DNA of 64,000 nucleotides from Elusimicrobiota bacterium (GTDB lineage Bacteria; Elusimicrobiota; Elusimicrobia; JACQPE01): NCBI GenBank assembly GCA_016180815.1, contig JACPAN010000013.1, positions 54,939 to 118,938 of the forward strand, read 5' to 3'. Shown piece by piece: positions 39,301 to 44,995 of this stretch (position 1 is its first letter; each line of letters starts with the position of its first letter). The notes under the pieces were generated by a model. It saw only the letters and a program-made list of their open reading frames with translations, ran no database searches and was not told where the DNA came from. The position numbers and the translations under genes were made by a program.

Positions 39301-39546
39301 GATATCATCAGGCGAGCCGCTCAAAAATGGCTCGTCGAGCTGGCCGCGCTTGGCGATCCCGAAGCCATCGGCGCCATCGGCGGCAAGCCCGCGCCGGGCA
39401 ACAAGGATTTTTGGGGATATGAGGATAAACCGTTGGCCCAAGCCGTCCAAAGCGCGCCTAACAATCTTTGGGGCTATCCCTCCGAGAAACCAACCCAAGA
39501 CCCTTCGAAACCGCTCGATCCGGACTACCTGAGATCCTTCAGATAA
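21331..39546 (+). CDS. giant mosaic polytopic membrane protein (6,071 aa): SF2/SecA-like ATPase, dikinase-like module, beta-propeller-like regions, multiple TM modules
   Basis: Single uninterrupted 18,216-nt ORF in GC-rich DNA; N-terminal TM anchor; Walker A LATGGGKT, LLLDEAD, FSGT, AGRGIDL, QIMGRILGNR; PEP-utilisers motif TTGGGLLSHAGITTREMGKPAV; PPDK_N-like LAVRSSAVQEDTQEAAFAGAAETHLYV; SPDG/FSPDG propeller-like repeats; about 11 Gly/Ala-rich hydrophobic modules. Confidence 0.85.
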   Translation: MKGKKHSRGKRKVPQTDLSILYLLSEREKAISPKKFFSFVITPTIKVLKETKHWTPKSFISILLAISILLTAPGFECYQALGSALEASGPKETALNVQALCFVPRSIATARLELAFQSLGTLSPAPVWSNETKSAVADFLERHAWAENPAGCADVHAIVTDKEVQVSRGSFLFSGRLAATDIRGKTETALIVKAYIKKKDGYIPVANFLDEQYFGSGEMVRHRIRPGLGAKAVHDVIATSFKRHPVAKIWKETGEETKANYTAYEEPDFATLYAKKFEEIPVLREVTDIGKSAVLGTVGLVHHGAGGATAAAGALAGYFGEKDLSKRLKAVSDGAHAAGYATWADVGISGLTKTEDSRERALLAAGEYLDPAEVDGLAIETHKSGIKWIGPRKYYAMVFGDRGIKTLEALTAGIHGEWSSEHAASEYFKYAEKAKGAAKYAWMGAGVLTATGRMLLESAPLMLAMPAVETGAAAAAARGVHLAEGSARAAMAAARGVHVAFKTGVLSTMVGIPMALEGAATVTSAKEYLKNPENPYAVSALYQHIGGLATSMIGLPAFAKVYGKASAAIERKVGGFAKAAPVAASKEVLALDEAGSRLARAVDERAGGTTGTGEVARAINHYNEQLKALFDSGKVNNGEGRVIEKLTPGQQELYDMAMNEIANAKSSEDVHRLYLKLATGGGKTVLAGGALYPVVSAMAGLRGAEKIIYSAPTPELNLQARNEMAAFRGGALPSDLEFATHAELISRANLEKSGRAGAATPLEKSALLLDEADAPFTEPAISHGKPSGTIPKTYADKTGKIAENPVYTLLRSMRDRTEMLSSSLRGAKRRSNPINEIASAPSEPRNDGGIGLNRGLELEAGRFAERFKAVARDSSLPKEIRSGAEHYAKNPNALKEIKNFSEAFLSLDSLGGRYRVDNKAGRIIPKTESGTWSETLDIPARRYLELKHNLDVTKPYEHKSVSNMADVLERAKVVMAFSGTKPQAIEGTLKRLGFKELGKPTPAQEAPIDFAATASAKYANLARAVRENARNPQSLSIVAAKNTRDIRVLRRLLSPSLKPAEIAVWASGKYELKNNPKAAASFNIEALKRGTARVLLLEAPVAGRGIDLPGQALYKKVSMFILDPHELPQVFYAQIMGRILGNRFPNADKEFKLFADAQTAGRNPYLMAEAKKMGFESVTEEVLKANMEKVQLAAEEKAVASSAVNIMAKPSAKAALKTAFAPLLTPRRLIPIAVGVALSLVVAPSIAMAAVSALGVAGAGVTLASHAIQLGLPIAGAALTRGIVSLMGRESAASVIASETKQSQAVTNTSNNSKIASPKARNDEKQQEPRNLALTAILAAVPFLLGMAAPGGGEGMGGFAALAGLGLGALGMAFWRRSPKPAEVSYAEWEEKALDILSKGAYPATIAQAAQKLDVSGIRRLMNKLIQVTFNPASSNVLIGPDFDLHGERISRLSRIMLELYTDKKYGWGDRPHEQEIFRDLFQAIYAKREIRMTEESWKSMSDAVLAGHAHNNYSAGLYEAYWLPRINIVMTLARQPSLAKNLPGLDSFLIGFIKSVRALRQNVNRLNEPLKTRINNIIKTPSKSVVSDSTLLNLICFLESHMSANPEFFGGPWAEELKTELLDIATHPEIEATVRTQARMLMERLETLDTSPRNTALAPTTEKAAAPPAPAAQTTTALVAANRNHQATLDYLVMIANEHNEKLTAINKRWDKIFYAAMAVTIGTIFVSIPAVFAVGLASLLFVLAGHKKQSSSIKKALAEDQALTENPHFIEALEEIERESPENLKARFAELERRMSAGELPAALPPAQQRIHVEGSAGVTIDIDAQELEADANEVVLSRPPQTERGRNGQRGFALVGSLLAALGLTTGLIGLALFVLGMMVPGGGGVAAAGALIFGGAAALGSLTVGFKWLRSKYRSLPAPQKNPEYTTSPSPSLRATGEAISKKGSPLYEIATDPVGPRNEKSVEVLTGYPASVFDALTREQKAAFEKRYLDYLRRRDGEQPDWSNPLAPVLSKRETFFRNLEANPIVRRGAPIVNQADFTRHENNHRPEKGLDQAMLWALAMAKVNRSERYGVEYALGRADSSNYGPNDILGRINAQEFYHTRILRDALKVTGIEMQMLPPHPVTAFLVRLLVLLPKPIANILIFCGEVGGVAAFRLLRDKARELFKDQPESLARIEELIGQILVDEVGHVHYVRSQLGPVRLKIARWILPAFSRYLASDMPELEMLFGRKQFMHAITQADVEGAAAQYPDRLTFEGSAPGDSVIASEAKQSPTGINMSSGFEIASPGARNDGKKEDFRSNPRHSWAIDFVPNGFDAYKQTRPPKVDPGNIRFSQNNERGELPAQSHGPAHYKTIIAEHPIIGSLNFSENLGMESAVEEINKTRDYLAVESLLHLDTFEMDGLIKRDILTRSHWSKRWVSYWTWALRLHGPRRMDFLDDHRPYKSGTPEPPHPTLSPNSPKPKKNDLPFVPSGFSLLAALGGGLLFLAPNTAHAAVGSIASGNASWLVLGGLGLGVLGMALAWNFLQRLGRWLANKIRSPDDVLQTLTQDTDPVTQHAALKNLKSRKRRSVFNFFGLPALLAVAPILLGMAPAAGDGGLLTVFFAGSLILAVSVIYGLSRPGSLKGPGLIFDPITKDLFWNDGIGTIVKLTEIQSNPEGTKFVALYPDGETSILLTDKAVQMMFGKFIGFSPDGSKMMTMMNPTSHYIADAVTGKGFYSISSIEVPVFSPDGKQIAVNLGLNPFKNEFNLSFMNAEDVKKAGPIINLPHAKDQLWWPRNEAKVIVKTKGGTWHIFDLLSGKEIYKARKKPLLPDEAWQEGGLVHTPGHSKKALLKLISSISKGLPGLAIKEGVVETTGPNLTNLSNFIAGPATVEKKKERETINVPLSRWSEYVEIGRYKLPYILPQLKTKATVVNESPIVAWVRADDEKPNEKKDILEKFEVFDALIAANFAALGLMASASQMGLTKKTAQAILEKAADMTRAYVKLSGKIKAWHTFEALQTELKALWLGLSGEDTLAPETAKKVTQLQACQNLSQVETIHSLINYLHIRSFAELGRAAINSKAHGNINIGPGTSLMYTNLDTEPLARGDRIRNGMLNKILPALYNTANPARGNLIIKGDQIWFHSSLGSHTMEIYLKTADPDEGGAVEVRYAEGGMDEGNQSRLVYVETVLKELGFHTEIHGGMYLNAALDKDHGLNGKAQIENTVPKFLRSLYYTGNMDWGLQAAGKAYGLERAKEIAADMGRIYLAEGYLPFYVRGGQDLSLVQGYEKYLKNRNDNQEVTIKKGSLFGKKIDLRDVLNAELDRLGLPAIPGNILFGQAVIDEFFTRPVEEGLARGEFNGISKLKEPIRLHAYQPVSDLAYYALREYNEMLLMGASLRQAENEFSFVPVGSVGRLRAERAQIKFPDSQWLTVYGLRDPETGRLYYARAQTYDPAMEKHETLDFKTLDLLMRQKGLLNFGNSLLSLSPELPGRRETDLVREQLKAAPQIETLRDTARGLAASPGRGGPLRGQATFVKGISAGHKVLIAAYTTPDDLETMTMADAVITTGGGLLSHAGITTREMGKPAVILPQAQWKKEASGKSYLEISLLSPSAPRQNQTGLWIGEKIETKTIEIHEGDWVWVDGTEGLVALGDGRELLEKRPGAGSSIITNARRRGLKAAEISGIERNLTAGKKAELAKAAPALLPLGLVDDDYVELVGGKAAKLGAILGVVRKMGGSVPEGIVLTTQAFLEYLDSSGKMPEFEKLSTDLDAIVSMPDSTLKTKRLESQTRLMRDLFGFQRDRPVSYFYQQVLRGIQAHGLGGGPLAVRSSAVQEDTQEAAFAGAAETHLYVHPEDLYEKILATWGSFWLTRSVMYRQGRGIKEGDVRPAVLIQKMANPQSAGVVFTVNPVTGTDEIVINAAFGLGEGIVSGRVQADQFVVKKSNGELARLPLIATKKIKIGPAPSAAGTAEIRVARNDQTKASLDEFQIRKLAEMAKALEDYFGYPLDIEFAIEEGKIIILQARPVTAQLKSEDEVSVGPAARRTQKKQRGFALLGSMVAAGVLGLSATLASPMIFGNPSLFWPVLIALGLFALGTVITKSELTGWEHFLTKNPWSPQLRLAGEYYDGSTLWQLEIEVASFAQDIWRFKETLERTFPKYRQPVDSSSPGSIISFLLPPFDELKTKTRANTGYELLLVNDIPTLQEELEYLRNKQYPVTSVVTLINRWPGLMLRQANQVAQGIRILNELFDHLNLKELDRPTSILRAIHNALYAPGANFAYEFTRAVYTELRPILKMTPLEQRQLAKWVHSKGEFGRELAKLLGYNPIGSSPTYDNAPVQPGREVPADAANPSALLRESSRPINEEWMEEDNAFEMDVYSWNFRWEAIPANFAADLQERRARRDDLALAEAFFKSLPGGFLGDEDLSYYYYADGSRSRMALYRDQRAFSKEEKEKLEQILSSENPQAQALASGLKARGLTIKYGSDRNAYKGKGAIVWLEIPKQANPTGPDPAGEIQNPRPLLPVIASPPKAGVAIPGALEIASPVARNDKPGEIPQEIAPPIAPLAKKKGMPLDPDVIEGLKKPSGDRGMALLGTLAAVAVTASVVPFAAVLSEAAGRPWGMGLMALMLGLGAVIGAIVRLSDGSPTPQRIANFRGAVVVVKTEIAVDRLAEALQTIKNDLETWPNHHEFLSVVDDFQFRDRLDLLIHGAWAITDRKEEIQKMAVELFEQFEAVLPYRELEARFTQETRRQEERAREENERQGERVREARIREAREKFSSWQENFLGARKKREILLTLEKLNAIVTDWNFGNPMGWGVAKQMISARAMRKLKRLAEAKTPFLSLSKSEAKIKELAQKYYTLLAGTSAASTALAPVNPHPTLSRTLILPEEQGRDSASVAQTALVRLSDFTGGTQTRQVQLWQEAQKFVSDVYEANEWRRETLIVGAVTGLASIVTISAASIFWIFAPLGLFGFILGAGLMAISPKMMSLSPLWNGMKALHELDPANYRRLLYAVLDKELTKYEDDTGDLVLAMLKQWEEQAGDLPLEETVSVLTALMEKYPAAKKMRKKIVKALAKLGADPIEPYDPEKDDPYLQAAIHEVESDRQPSQMTAEELKAAIDRLHERQHAVNPLLLASPLEGEAAPGAGEGSVSNSGGTILNSGLDSRFRGNDDGENGERGMALLGSMIVAGLAGLGSMVLVKGGLGFGGLILAAGAAALVAGMALLGRGNGEKNHAVFALRFFFTPTQKGDGPFEKEVLGPVGAQALGYDAHQGFLVSVPQDKVEDFLSRLKSRGRGAVAVSKETLQKRETIKMDLPTLRYWVYQAENQGKKEISLVQARSISVIPAQAGIQDSLGQQRAWMPDQVRHDGFSSRTYIKLPTRLYEDLTDGHDIEPMLTFDNNNEAVHLKHLGYSLDGYSILSIVTGQPEEALASTRENAQARGVAEKDIAQITLESGRIFKTEIPLGPQIMMKVKNETIIASQLAHLILNFEDKRDSILLSVDEFKEISIPKPRRAWLQWLDPAGTASSIAALGATLLAPLLMGMAPTGGGSGLGLLLFLGLGAVGLGIALFENWPVRFPRTFDKSDGYFNAAPGAGAVPKDHEPFVAVKNPHTFADNARLKEGTPFHGRSVWDYSIPLNQDIKLVYAQNAPMAAWTDGKALWVANLRNGDILVDGGIKTDQTIQEIAFSPDGGKLAFAINDTSVNKTQIHIVSFEERTFCWLTTIRGGFTKGLAYDDKGKILAAVTTVDGYDKVTLWDVERGALDRISLPAKAAPANAIKHWKGESFILTGDGDKADIMVLEPTFTSDQAWLKAWKKPRGKIEPAIVMPIPAIQKIFISDRDGRLYVADLFSNQIKIMKEPKDDTRRLMALGYRTDQGNYMWLKEQEAYQLNDSAFGASDHPIAQVRFIDPEHRLDHAGQFIALQPEGKSLAFVREGTLHIVQWEGYGIAAVPPVEKPTAQPVQEAPPSWQVQREEIAGRMDIFDIRAVVARLAAWRQGNTLDIIRRAAQKWLVELAALGDPEAIGAIGGKPAPGNKDFWGYEDKPLAQAVQSAPNNLWGYPSEKPTQDPSKPLDPDYLRSFR
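23796..23871. repeat. GTCATT-terminated palindromic hairpin element, inverted pair, in-frame inside giant ORF
   Basis: gtcattgcgaggagcgaagcgacgaagcaatccc ... gagattgcttcggctccatcggagcctcgcaatgac; translated as SSSLRGAKRRSNPINEIASAPSEPRNDG. Confidence 0.7.
25213..25299. repeat. GTCATT-terminated palindromic hairpin element, inverted pair, in-frame inside giant ORF
   Basis: gtcattgcgagtgaaacgaagcaatctc ... aagattgcttcacccaaggctcgcaatgac; translated VIASETKQSQ...KIASPKARND. Confidence 0.75.
27135..27221. repeat. GTCATT-terminated palindromic hairpin element, inverted pair, in-frame inside giant ORF (different frame)
   Basis: gtcattgcgagccacgggcgaagcaatctc ... gagattgccacggaccctgtgggtcctcgcaatga; translated SLRATGEAIS...YEIATDPVGPRNE. 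Confidence 0.7.
28132..28218. repeat. GTCATT-terminated palindromic hairpin element, inverted pair, in-frame inside giant ORF
   Basis: gtcattgcgagcgaagcgaagcaatctcc ... gagattgcttcgcccggggctcgcaatgac; translated VIASEAKQSP...FEIASPGARNDG. Confidence 0.8.
34864..34941. repeat. GTCATT-terminated palindromic hairpin element, inverted pair, in-frame inside giant ORF
   Basis: gtcattgcgagcccgccaaaggcgggtgtggcaatccc ... gagattgcttcgcccgtggctcgcaatgac; translated VIASPPKAGVAIP...LEIASPVARND. Confidence 0.75.
36781..36810. repeat. solo hairpin repeat arm (attcccgc/gcgggaat stem), in-frame inside giant ORF
   Basis: ctggattcccgctttcgcgggaatgacgac; translated LDSRFRGNDD. Confidence 0.7.
37321..37347. 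repeat. solo hairpin repeat arm (attccggc/gccggaat stem), in-frame inside giant ORF
   Basis: gtcattccggcgcaagccggaatccag; translated VIPAQAGIQ. Confidence 0.7.
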
Positions 39547-39745
39547 AAACCCCCGTCTTTAGGCCGAGGGCCTTTAGCGAACCGACTTCCAAAAATTCCT
39601 TTCCCGCTTCGTTTAGAGCTGCTACTTCAAGTGACGTTCTAATTTCTCATAAAATTTTTCGTGAACGCCGAAGGTATAAAACCATAGTTTAATTTTTTCG
39701 CATCTGATGAAACTTGAATTACAATACGTATCTTCCCCGACCCGT

Positions 39746-41074
39746 CTAGTCAATGAGGTAAGGGAGAGTCTCGTAGCGGTGATGGTTATAATCCTCGCCG
39801 GCTAGAAAGCGCCATAAATACCAAATGCCGAACTGAAGGCCGATACGGTCAACGGCCCAAGCATGAGCGTATTCATGAGCCAAAAGACCGGCTACGCTTT
39901 CTCCCGCCGGAGTCAGAACGCCGCCCTCAAGAAGAGGGGATCGAAGGGTTAGATTTTCGATGCTTACCCAATTAAATCGCGACACGCCGCTTAAACCTTC
40001 CAGATCGGTAATGCCGCCGCGCCTGAGTTCGAAGTCCCTTTCAACCGGCCCAATGTCAATGCCCCCGCGCGTTAAAGCTATCTCGCGGGCGCGTTCCATC
40101 ACTTGAGGCTCAAGGCGCACTCTAGTTCCATAAAGCGCATTGACCAAAGTCCTGGCAACAACGCCATAAACCATATGCCGCAGAAAATACAGGGAATCAT
40201 AATTACCCCGCAAAACATCGGCCAAATAGCCCGCCCCGCCGTCCCAAATCGCCTCAAAAGCGACATCGGTAATCGCGTTTAAAGCCTGTTCGCTTCCAGT
40301 TCGGCCGTCGCTGAGCATGGGATTGCCGCGCTCAGGAATCAAGCTGCGGATGCCATAAACGGCGCCGTAGGAGACAACGTCGTACCGGGGATCCCGAATG
40401 GGACGCTTGGCGATCCAATCAATGGTGGCGTTGAGCGTCCAGCTAAGAAGGGCGTTGAGGCCGCCGAGGGCGACATCGCGATGGAAGGCGCCTTGATTCA
40501 AAACACTGCCCAAAACATAGCCTGTGCCAAAATTGAGTCCAAGGTCGCTATACCATGGTTCCGGTGTTCTAATGATGCCGGCTTGCTCCAATAAGGCGCC
40601 TGTCAATGCCGCAGTGACCCCCATGATCGCAGCGTTGTAATAGCCCGATGCCGGATAATCCTGCTGGAGCCGGGCGACTTGCGCAGGATCACTGACCAAG
40701 GAAGATGGCAAGGTCGTAGCGCCGCCGCCGGCTAAGGTGACCATAAATCCGTCGGGCGTGATGGAAATACCCGGCCTAAACGTTGACCAAAGACTATCCC
40801 TTTCCCGGCTCTCGCGATAGGCGGAGGCCGAAGACCCAAGGGTCACAGCCAAAAAAGGCGCCACATTATTTAAAGCGAAATTGAACGCAGGGTGCGTCGG
40901 ACGGGGATTGCTCGGAGCCGGAGCAATCAAACGTGCCCCATCAAAAGTCGCGCCGGCGCGCCCCATAGTATCGTCTTGCGTGCAAACGTCTTCAGCGGCT
41001 AGCGTGCCCGAGAAGCAAAAAAAAGAGAAAACTAAAATAAACGCTTTGCCTGCGGCGCGAGCCATGACACCCAA
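39746..41074 (-). CDS. hypothetical secreted protein with C-terminal HExxH motif
   Basis: Signal-like MARAAGKAFILVFSFFCFSGTLAA; LLAHEYAHAW near C-terminus; N-terminal GRAGATFDGARL motif shared with other proteins here. Confidence 0.6.
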   Translation of the reverse strand: MGVMARAAGKAFILVFSFFCFSGTLAAEDVCTQDDTMGRAGATFDGARLIAPAPSNPRPTHPAFNFALNNVAPFLAVTLGSSASAYRESRERDSLWSTFRPGISITPDGFMVTLAGGGATTLPSSLVSDPAQVARLQQDYPASGYYNAAIMGVTAALTGALLEQAGIIRTPEPWYSDLGLNFGTGYVLGSVLNQGAFHRDVALGGLNALLSWTLNATIDWIAKRPIRDPRYDVVSYGAVYGIRSLIPERGNPMLSDGRTGSEQALNAITDVAFEAIWDGGAGYLADVLRGNYDSLYFLRHMVYGVVARTLVNALYGTRVRLEPQVMERAREIALTRGGIDIGPVERDFELRRGGITDLEGLSGVSRFNWVSIENLTLRSPLLEGGVLTPAGESVAGLLAHEYAHAWAVDRIGLQFGIWYLWRFLAGEDYNHHRYETLPYLID

Positions 41075-41179
41075 GTTTACCCGGCCGGCATCAAGATTAT
41101 CCTGAGCCTAAAGGCCCAATTGAAAATAAAACTTAAGTCTTACCAGTCAGGATTCAGACAGTAGCGGTATGCCTTGCAT

Positions 41180-41277
41180 GTCATTCCGGCGAAAGCCGGA
41201 ATCCAGATTTATATTTCTGTTTTTTAAAGACAACAAAATTGCGAAAGAGGGTCTGGATTCCCGCCTTCGCGATGACT
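41180..41277. repeat. intergenic palindromic hairpin element, inverted pair
   Basis: gtcattccggcgaaagccggaatccag ... ctggattcccgccttcgcgatgac between two minus-strand genes. Confidence 0.8.
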
Positions 41278-41309
41278 AAATCAAAAAAGGTGTCGCCGGA
41301 AAGTGTATT

Positions 41310-43409
41310 TTACCGGACGTCGGAGAAAACTTTCAGCAGCGCGTCGTAGGAAACTTCGTAGGACTTTTTGCCGCCGGAGGCCATCAGCTTGTTCAGTTTC
41401 TCGCCGACTAAGAGCATTTCGATGATTTCCCGGTTGACCTCGATGCGGGCGAGCTGATAAATGTACTCGATTAAGAAATCCGCCATCTCTTGGGCATTGC
41501 CCCAGTAGCCGCTCGCGATCGCGCTTTCCAAATCAGGCGAGAGCGCCCCGCCCAGGCTCGTCAAGATTTGATCCCTGCTGATTTCGCAAGGTTCGCCGGC
41601 AACGCAAGTGTAAGGAATCTCTAGGGCACCGCCGATCTGAAAAAGGAGCCAGTTTTTAAACAGGGTCTCATCAGCAGAGATCAGGCCGGGAACCGGCGAG
41701 AGCCGGCGGCCGGCGATGGCGGACAAAGCCAAGGCGTCGCGCTCCGTGTACCCCTCGGAGACCATGAAGTCGCGCAGAGCGTTTCGTCCAATCCTCATGG
41801 CCATGCCGGAGAGCAGTCGCTCGCTTGATTCAAGCGTTAGGATAGCGCTGATGGCGGGCAAATTATCGCTCAGCCATGAGCAGGTTTCCGCATATTCCTT
41901 GCCAAAATAAGTACAGAAACTTTCCACCATGGCGGCGCGCTGGAAAGGATCGGCATTGATGAAATTCGAGAAAAAAAGACCCTCTTTGCTTGGGTCTGCG
42001 CCGGTCTTGGTGGCCAAAGCCCGAAAGGCGGAGTCAAAAGTCCGGTAAGCCTCAGTAACCTCGCTGCGGTCTAGGGGCGGAGTTGTCGTATGGTAGTAAC
42101 CGACCACGCTCTTGGGCTTGACCCACGCAGGAGTCGGGCCAAGAACGCCCTCGGCACTCAACATAAAACCGCTCTCATGAACCTTAGCGGGGCCCATTTC
42201 CACCGTATCCCAAGAACCCGAGGCCGCGATTTTCAACCACGGCGCTATTTCATAGGAAGTTCCGGCCTCGCCGCCGGTACGGGAAAACTCGATCCCGGAA
42301 CCTTTTTCCCAGTGATAGCGAAAATAAAGCTCCGCCTCCCGTCCGGCCACAATGGCCGAGATCATGGCTGAAAATTTTTGTTCAAGGCTCAGCTCTTTAA
42401 ACACGCTTGTGAAGCGGACGTCCAACGCCGTTTCCGGATGATCCGGCAGGGAAGCGAGCAAGCCGCCGCCGTAATGCGGGGCATGCTCAAAAGCCGGTTT
42501 GATTTCATTGTAGCCGCCACGGTATCCCCAGATCGTTCTAAAAGGATGCGCTTCGACCACCCCTAAATTCTGCGCGTCGCCGAAGGCCGCAATCAGGGCG
42601 ATGGGAATTTCCGGGTGCCGAAACATAAAACCCATGCTGATATCGCTTTGAAAATTGGGGTATAAAACAGTGATTTTACGGTTGAGTTCAGCCTCATAAG
42701 CCGCATAGGCTTCGTTGTAGGCCTCAATCTCCGCCGGGTCGGAAGAAGAAGGCGGCTTGGGCTCTGTCGCGCGGACATTGAAAGCCGGCATGCGCCCGGA
42801 AACAGCATCCGCGATCACGCTGGCTGAAACCCCAAAATGAACGGGGCCCGCCAGCTTAAAGCTTTTGGCAAGCTCGGCAAGCACGCTGGCCCAGAATATA
42901 GGTTCCGCTGCCGATGAGCCGCTATAACTCATATAGCGGCCGGCATCGCTAAAAGCCGATGACGAATCACCTGCACCGGTATTGCCCGAAATATTCTCTG
43001 CAATAACATCCAAGTCTGCCGCTAAAGTTGGTTCCTCGGCTGGGAAAAGATTAATATGAGGCGCGGCAACCCCGCCTTTGGCGAGAAAGCGCCAGTGAAG
43101 CTTGGCTCCCGGACTAGATTCCCAACCTTTGGCTACGGTAACGTAAGGCATGACTCCCAATTTGGAACTACCAGGGCCGCCCGCAATAATGCCGGTTTCA
43201 AGCTCCAAATCTCCCCACCATTTAGGCGCAGGGTGCAGGCCTGTCCTGCCTGCCCCGAGTGGAGTCGAGGGGAGCGAAACCGAAAGGCCGAGGGGCTCGC
43301 CGGAAATCGGCGGTTTTGCCCCATCAAAAAGAACCCCGGTTAATTTGAGGCCGTCATCGGCCAGAGCCGCCTGGCCCAGAAAGAGAAGCAGGGCATAAAT
43401 TTTACCCAT
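41310..43409 (-). CDS. hypothetical secreted protein (699 aa)
   Basis: Long minus-strand ORF with signal-like MGKIYALLLFLGQAALA; no recognised motif. Confidence 0.6.
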   Translation of the reverse strand: MGKIYALLLFLGQAALADDGLKLTGVLFDGAKPPISGEPLGLSVSLPSTPLGAGRTGLHPAPKWWGDLELETGIIAGGPGSSKLGVMPYVTVAKGWESSPGAKLHWRFLAKGGVAAPHINLFPAEEPTLAADLDVIAENISGNTGAGDSSSAFSDAGRYMSYSGSSAAEPIFWASVLAELAKSFKLAGPVHFGVSASVIADAVSGRMPAFNVRATEPKPPSSSDPAEIEAYNEAYAAYEAELNRKITVLYPNFQSDISMGFMFRHPEIPIALIAAFGDAQNLGVVEAHPFRTIWGYRGGYNEIKPAFEHAPHYGGGLLASLPDHPETALDVRFTSVFKELSLEQKFSAMISAIVAGREAELYFRYHWEKGSGIEFSRTGGEAGTSYEIAPWLKIAASGSWDTVEMGPAKVHESGFMLSAEGVLGPTPAWVKPKSVVGYYHTTTPPLDRSEVTEAYRTFDSAFRALATKTGADPSKEGLFFSNFINADPFQRAAMVESFCTYFGKEYAETCSWLSDNLPAISAILTLESSERLLSGMAMRIGRNALRDFMVSEGYTERDALALSAIAGRRLSPVPGLISADETLFKNWLLFQIGGALEIPYTCVAGEPCEISRDQILTSLGGALSPDLESAIASGYWGNAQEMADFLIEYIYQLARIEVNREIIEMLLVGEKLNKLMASGGKKSYEVSYDALLKVFSDVR

Positions 43410-43630
43410 GCCTTATTTTGACCCTTGGCGGCTCCGCGATCTTGAGCCCTTAGATAGTCAGCGCAGGGTCTGCAGCCTCATTAACCCGTCATTAAAGCCC
43501 GGCCCTACGCCAAGTAAACTAACGGTTAATTAAGATGGAATGAAGCAGACTCCCAAGGTACCCTTTAACAAACTTGAGGGTGGTGGAACCGGCGAGCAAA
43601 TCACAGGAAGCCACGGACCAAGCATGGCGT

Positions 43631-43966
43631 ATGGCAAAAACTAAACCGCTTGCCAAAAAGCCGGCCGCTCCTTTCACTCTCAAGGCTTTCCAGAAAATTC
43701 TGGAAAGAACAACGGATACGTTAAAGCAAAGAATTATCGGAAGGTTGAGAAACGAACTGGCTACTAAAAAACAACTTAAGGCGTTCGCTACTAAAGAAAA
43801 ACTTAAGGCAGGCCTGGAACGCGTGGAAGTAAAGCTTTCGGGACATGATAAGAACTTTGAACGCATGGAACAAAAGTTGGACCATTTGGAAAAACAAATT
43901 GTCCATGTCGTATTCAAAGAGCATGCCCCTATGCTTGAAACCACGAAAAGCGCATCCAGAAATTAG
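43631..43966 (+). CDS. hypothetical small Lys-rich coiled-coil-like protein
   Basis: ATG at 43631 within a longer TTG-initiated ORF; flanked by direct copies of AACTAAC(G/C)GTTAATTAA at about 43512 and 44141. Confidence 0.4.
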   Translation: MAKTKPLAKKPAAPFTLKAFQKILERTTDTLKQRIIGRLRNELATKKQLKAFATKEKLKAGLERVEVKLSGHDKNFERMEQKLDHLEKQIVHVVFKEHAPMLETTKSASRN

Positions 43967-44001
43967 AAACCGCCTCCACTTAAACTTCCGCAACCGCGAT
44001 T

Positions 44002-44031
44002 CTGGATTCCCGCATTCGCGGGAATAACGAC
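44002..44031. repeat. intergenic solo hairpin repeat arm
   Basis: ctggattcccgcattcgcgggaataacgac just downstream of the small ORF 43631..43966. Confidence 0.7.
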
Positions 44032-44298
44032 GCAACAGAATTCCCCGGAGCCTACTATCATGTCATGAACCCGGGCTTGAAACGGCGCCCCGTTTTTATC
44101 TCTGACCATGACTCTCAAATCTTTGCGTCAGAATTAATGATCGCAAACTAACCGTTAATTAACCAAGACCCCGCATTCCTTGAATGTCTGGTTGCTCAAA
44201 CGAAAGACCCATAAATCCGGAATGAAGGCTTCAAGACAGGGGCTTTCCTTATTAAGAAAATTCCACGACAACATCGCTCATTCTAAAGGAAGGAATAA

Positions 44299-44985
44299 AT
44301 GTTCAAGAGCAAAACAAAATTAGCCGCGCCGGCCTTATTGGCCGCAGCCGCTTGTCTTGCGCCAAGCTACGCGACCGAGAATCCGGTTATTACGCCGTTC
44401 AGCGTTACGCCGGTGGGCGCCGTCGTGGCGCAAATTCCCTCCCAAAAAAACGGATTCACCACAGGTGATTTTACTCTCAGCCATTTGGGCGATATGTTTG
44501 ATGCGCTCAAAAGCAATCGACCGATCAAACTTGATAAAGCGCGTTTTGATCTGGCTCCAGGAGTGTCCAAGGGAACGATTCGACTAGACCGGCTGGAAAC
44601 ATGGCCGGCGCATTCCCCGTATCCGGAGTCAACCAAAATGTGGCCCGCATGGAGCGGCCCCTGGCTTGAAGTCCAAGCCGTGCAAAAAGGCAGCCGCTGG
44701 AACGCGGTCAAAAGCTCCATTTCCGTAGGCGATTGGAGATCGCTGCCCGCAGATATTTTTAAACGTCCGCCGACCCACACCATGACCGCCGTGATTTCCC
44801 GGTTCGGAAAAATTTTGGCGATGGAAACGGCGACGCAAGGCGCCGGCGGCACATCAAAATGGGGCATGGGCAATATGGGCCCGGCGTCTTTTTGGCGACC
44901 GTTTCCTTATGAAGTTTCCAGCCGCCTGGTCTATTCGGTTTTGCGCGGCGCGCACCGGCTTCTAATGAAAACCGTGCTACTTTGA
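44299..44985 (+). CDS. hypothetical secreted protein
   Basis: AAGGAAGGA RBS; signal-like MFKSKTKLAAPALLAAAACLA. Confidence 0.55.
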   Translation: MFKSKTKLAAPALLAAAACLAPSYATENPVITPFSVTPVGAVVAQIPSQKNGFTTGDFTLSHLGDMFDALKSNRPIKLDKARFDLAPGVSKGTIRLDRLETWPAHSPYPESTKMWPAWSGPWLEVQAVQKGSRWNAVKSSISVGDWRSLPADIFKRPPTHTMTAVISRFGKILAMETATQGAGGTSKWGMGNMGPASFWRPFPYEVSSRLVYSVLRGAHRLLMKTVLL

Positions 44986-44995
44986 GAGGTTTACA

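Noticed and set aside
21331-39546. Giant ORF as an NRPS/PKS megasynthase or RTX/Rhs-type adhesin or toxin
   Set aside because: No carrier-protein, condensation, adenylation or ketosynthase motifs, and no Ca-binding nonapeptide or YD repeats were seen. The content is instead ATPase, dikinase-like, propeller-like and membrane modules.
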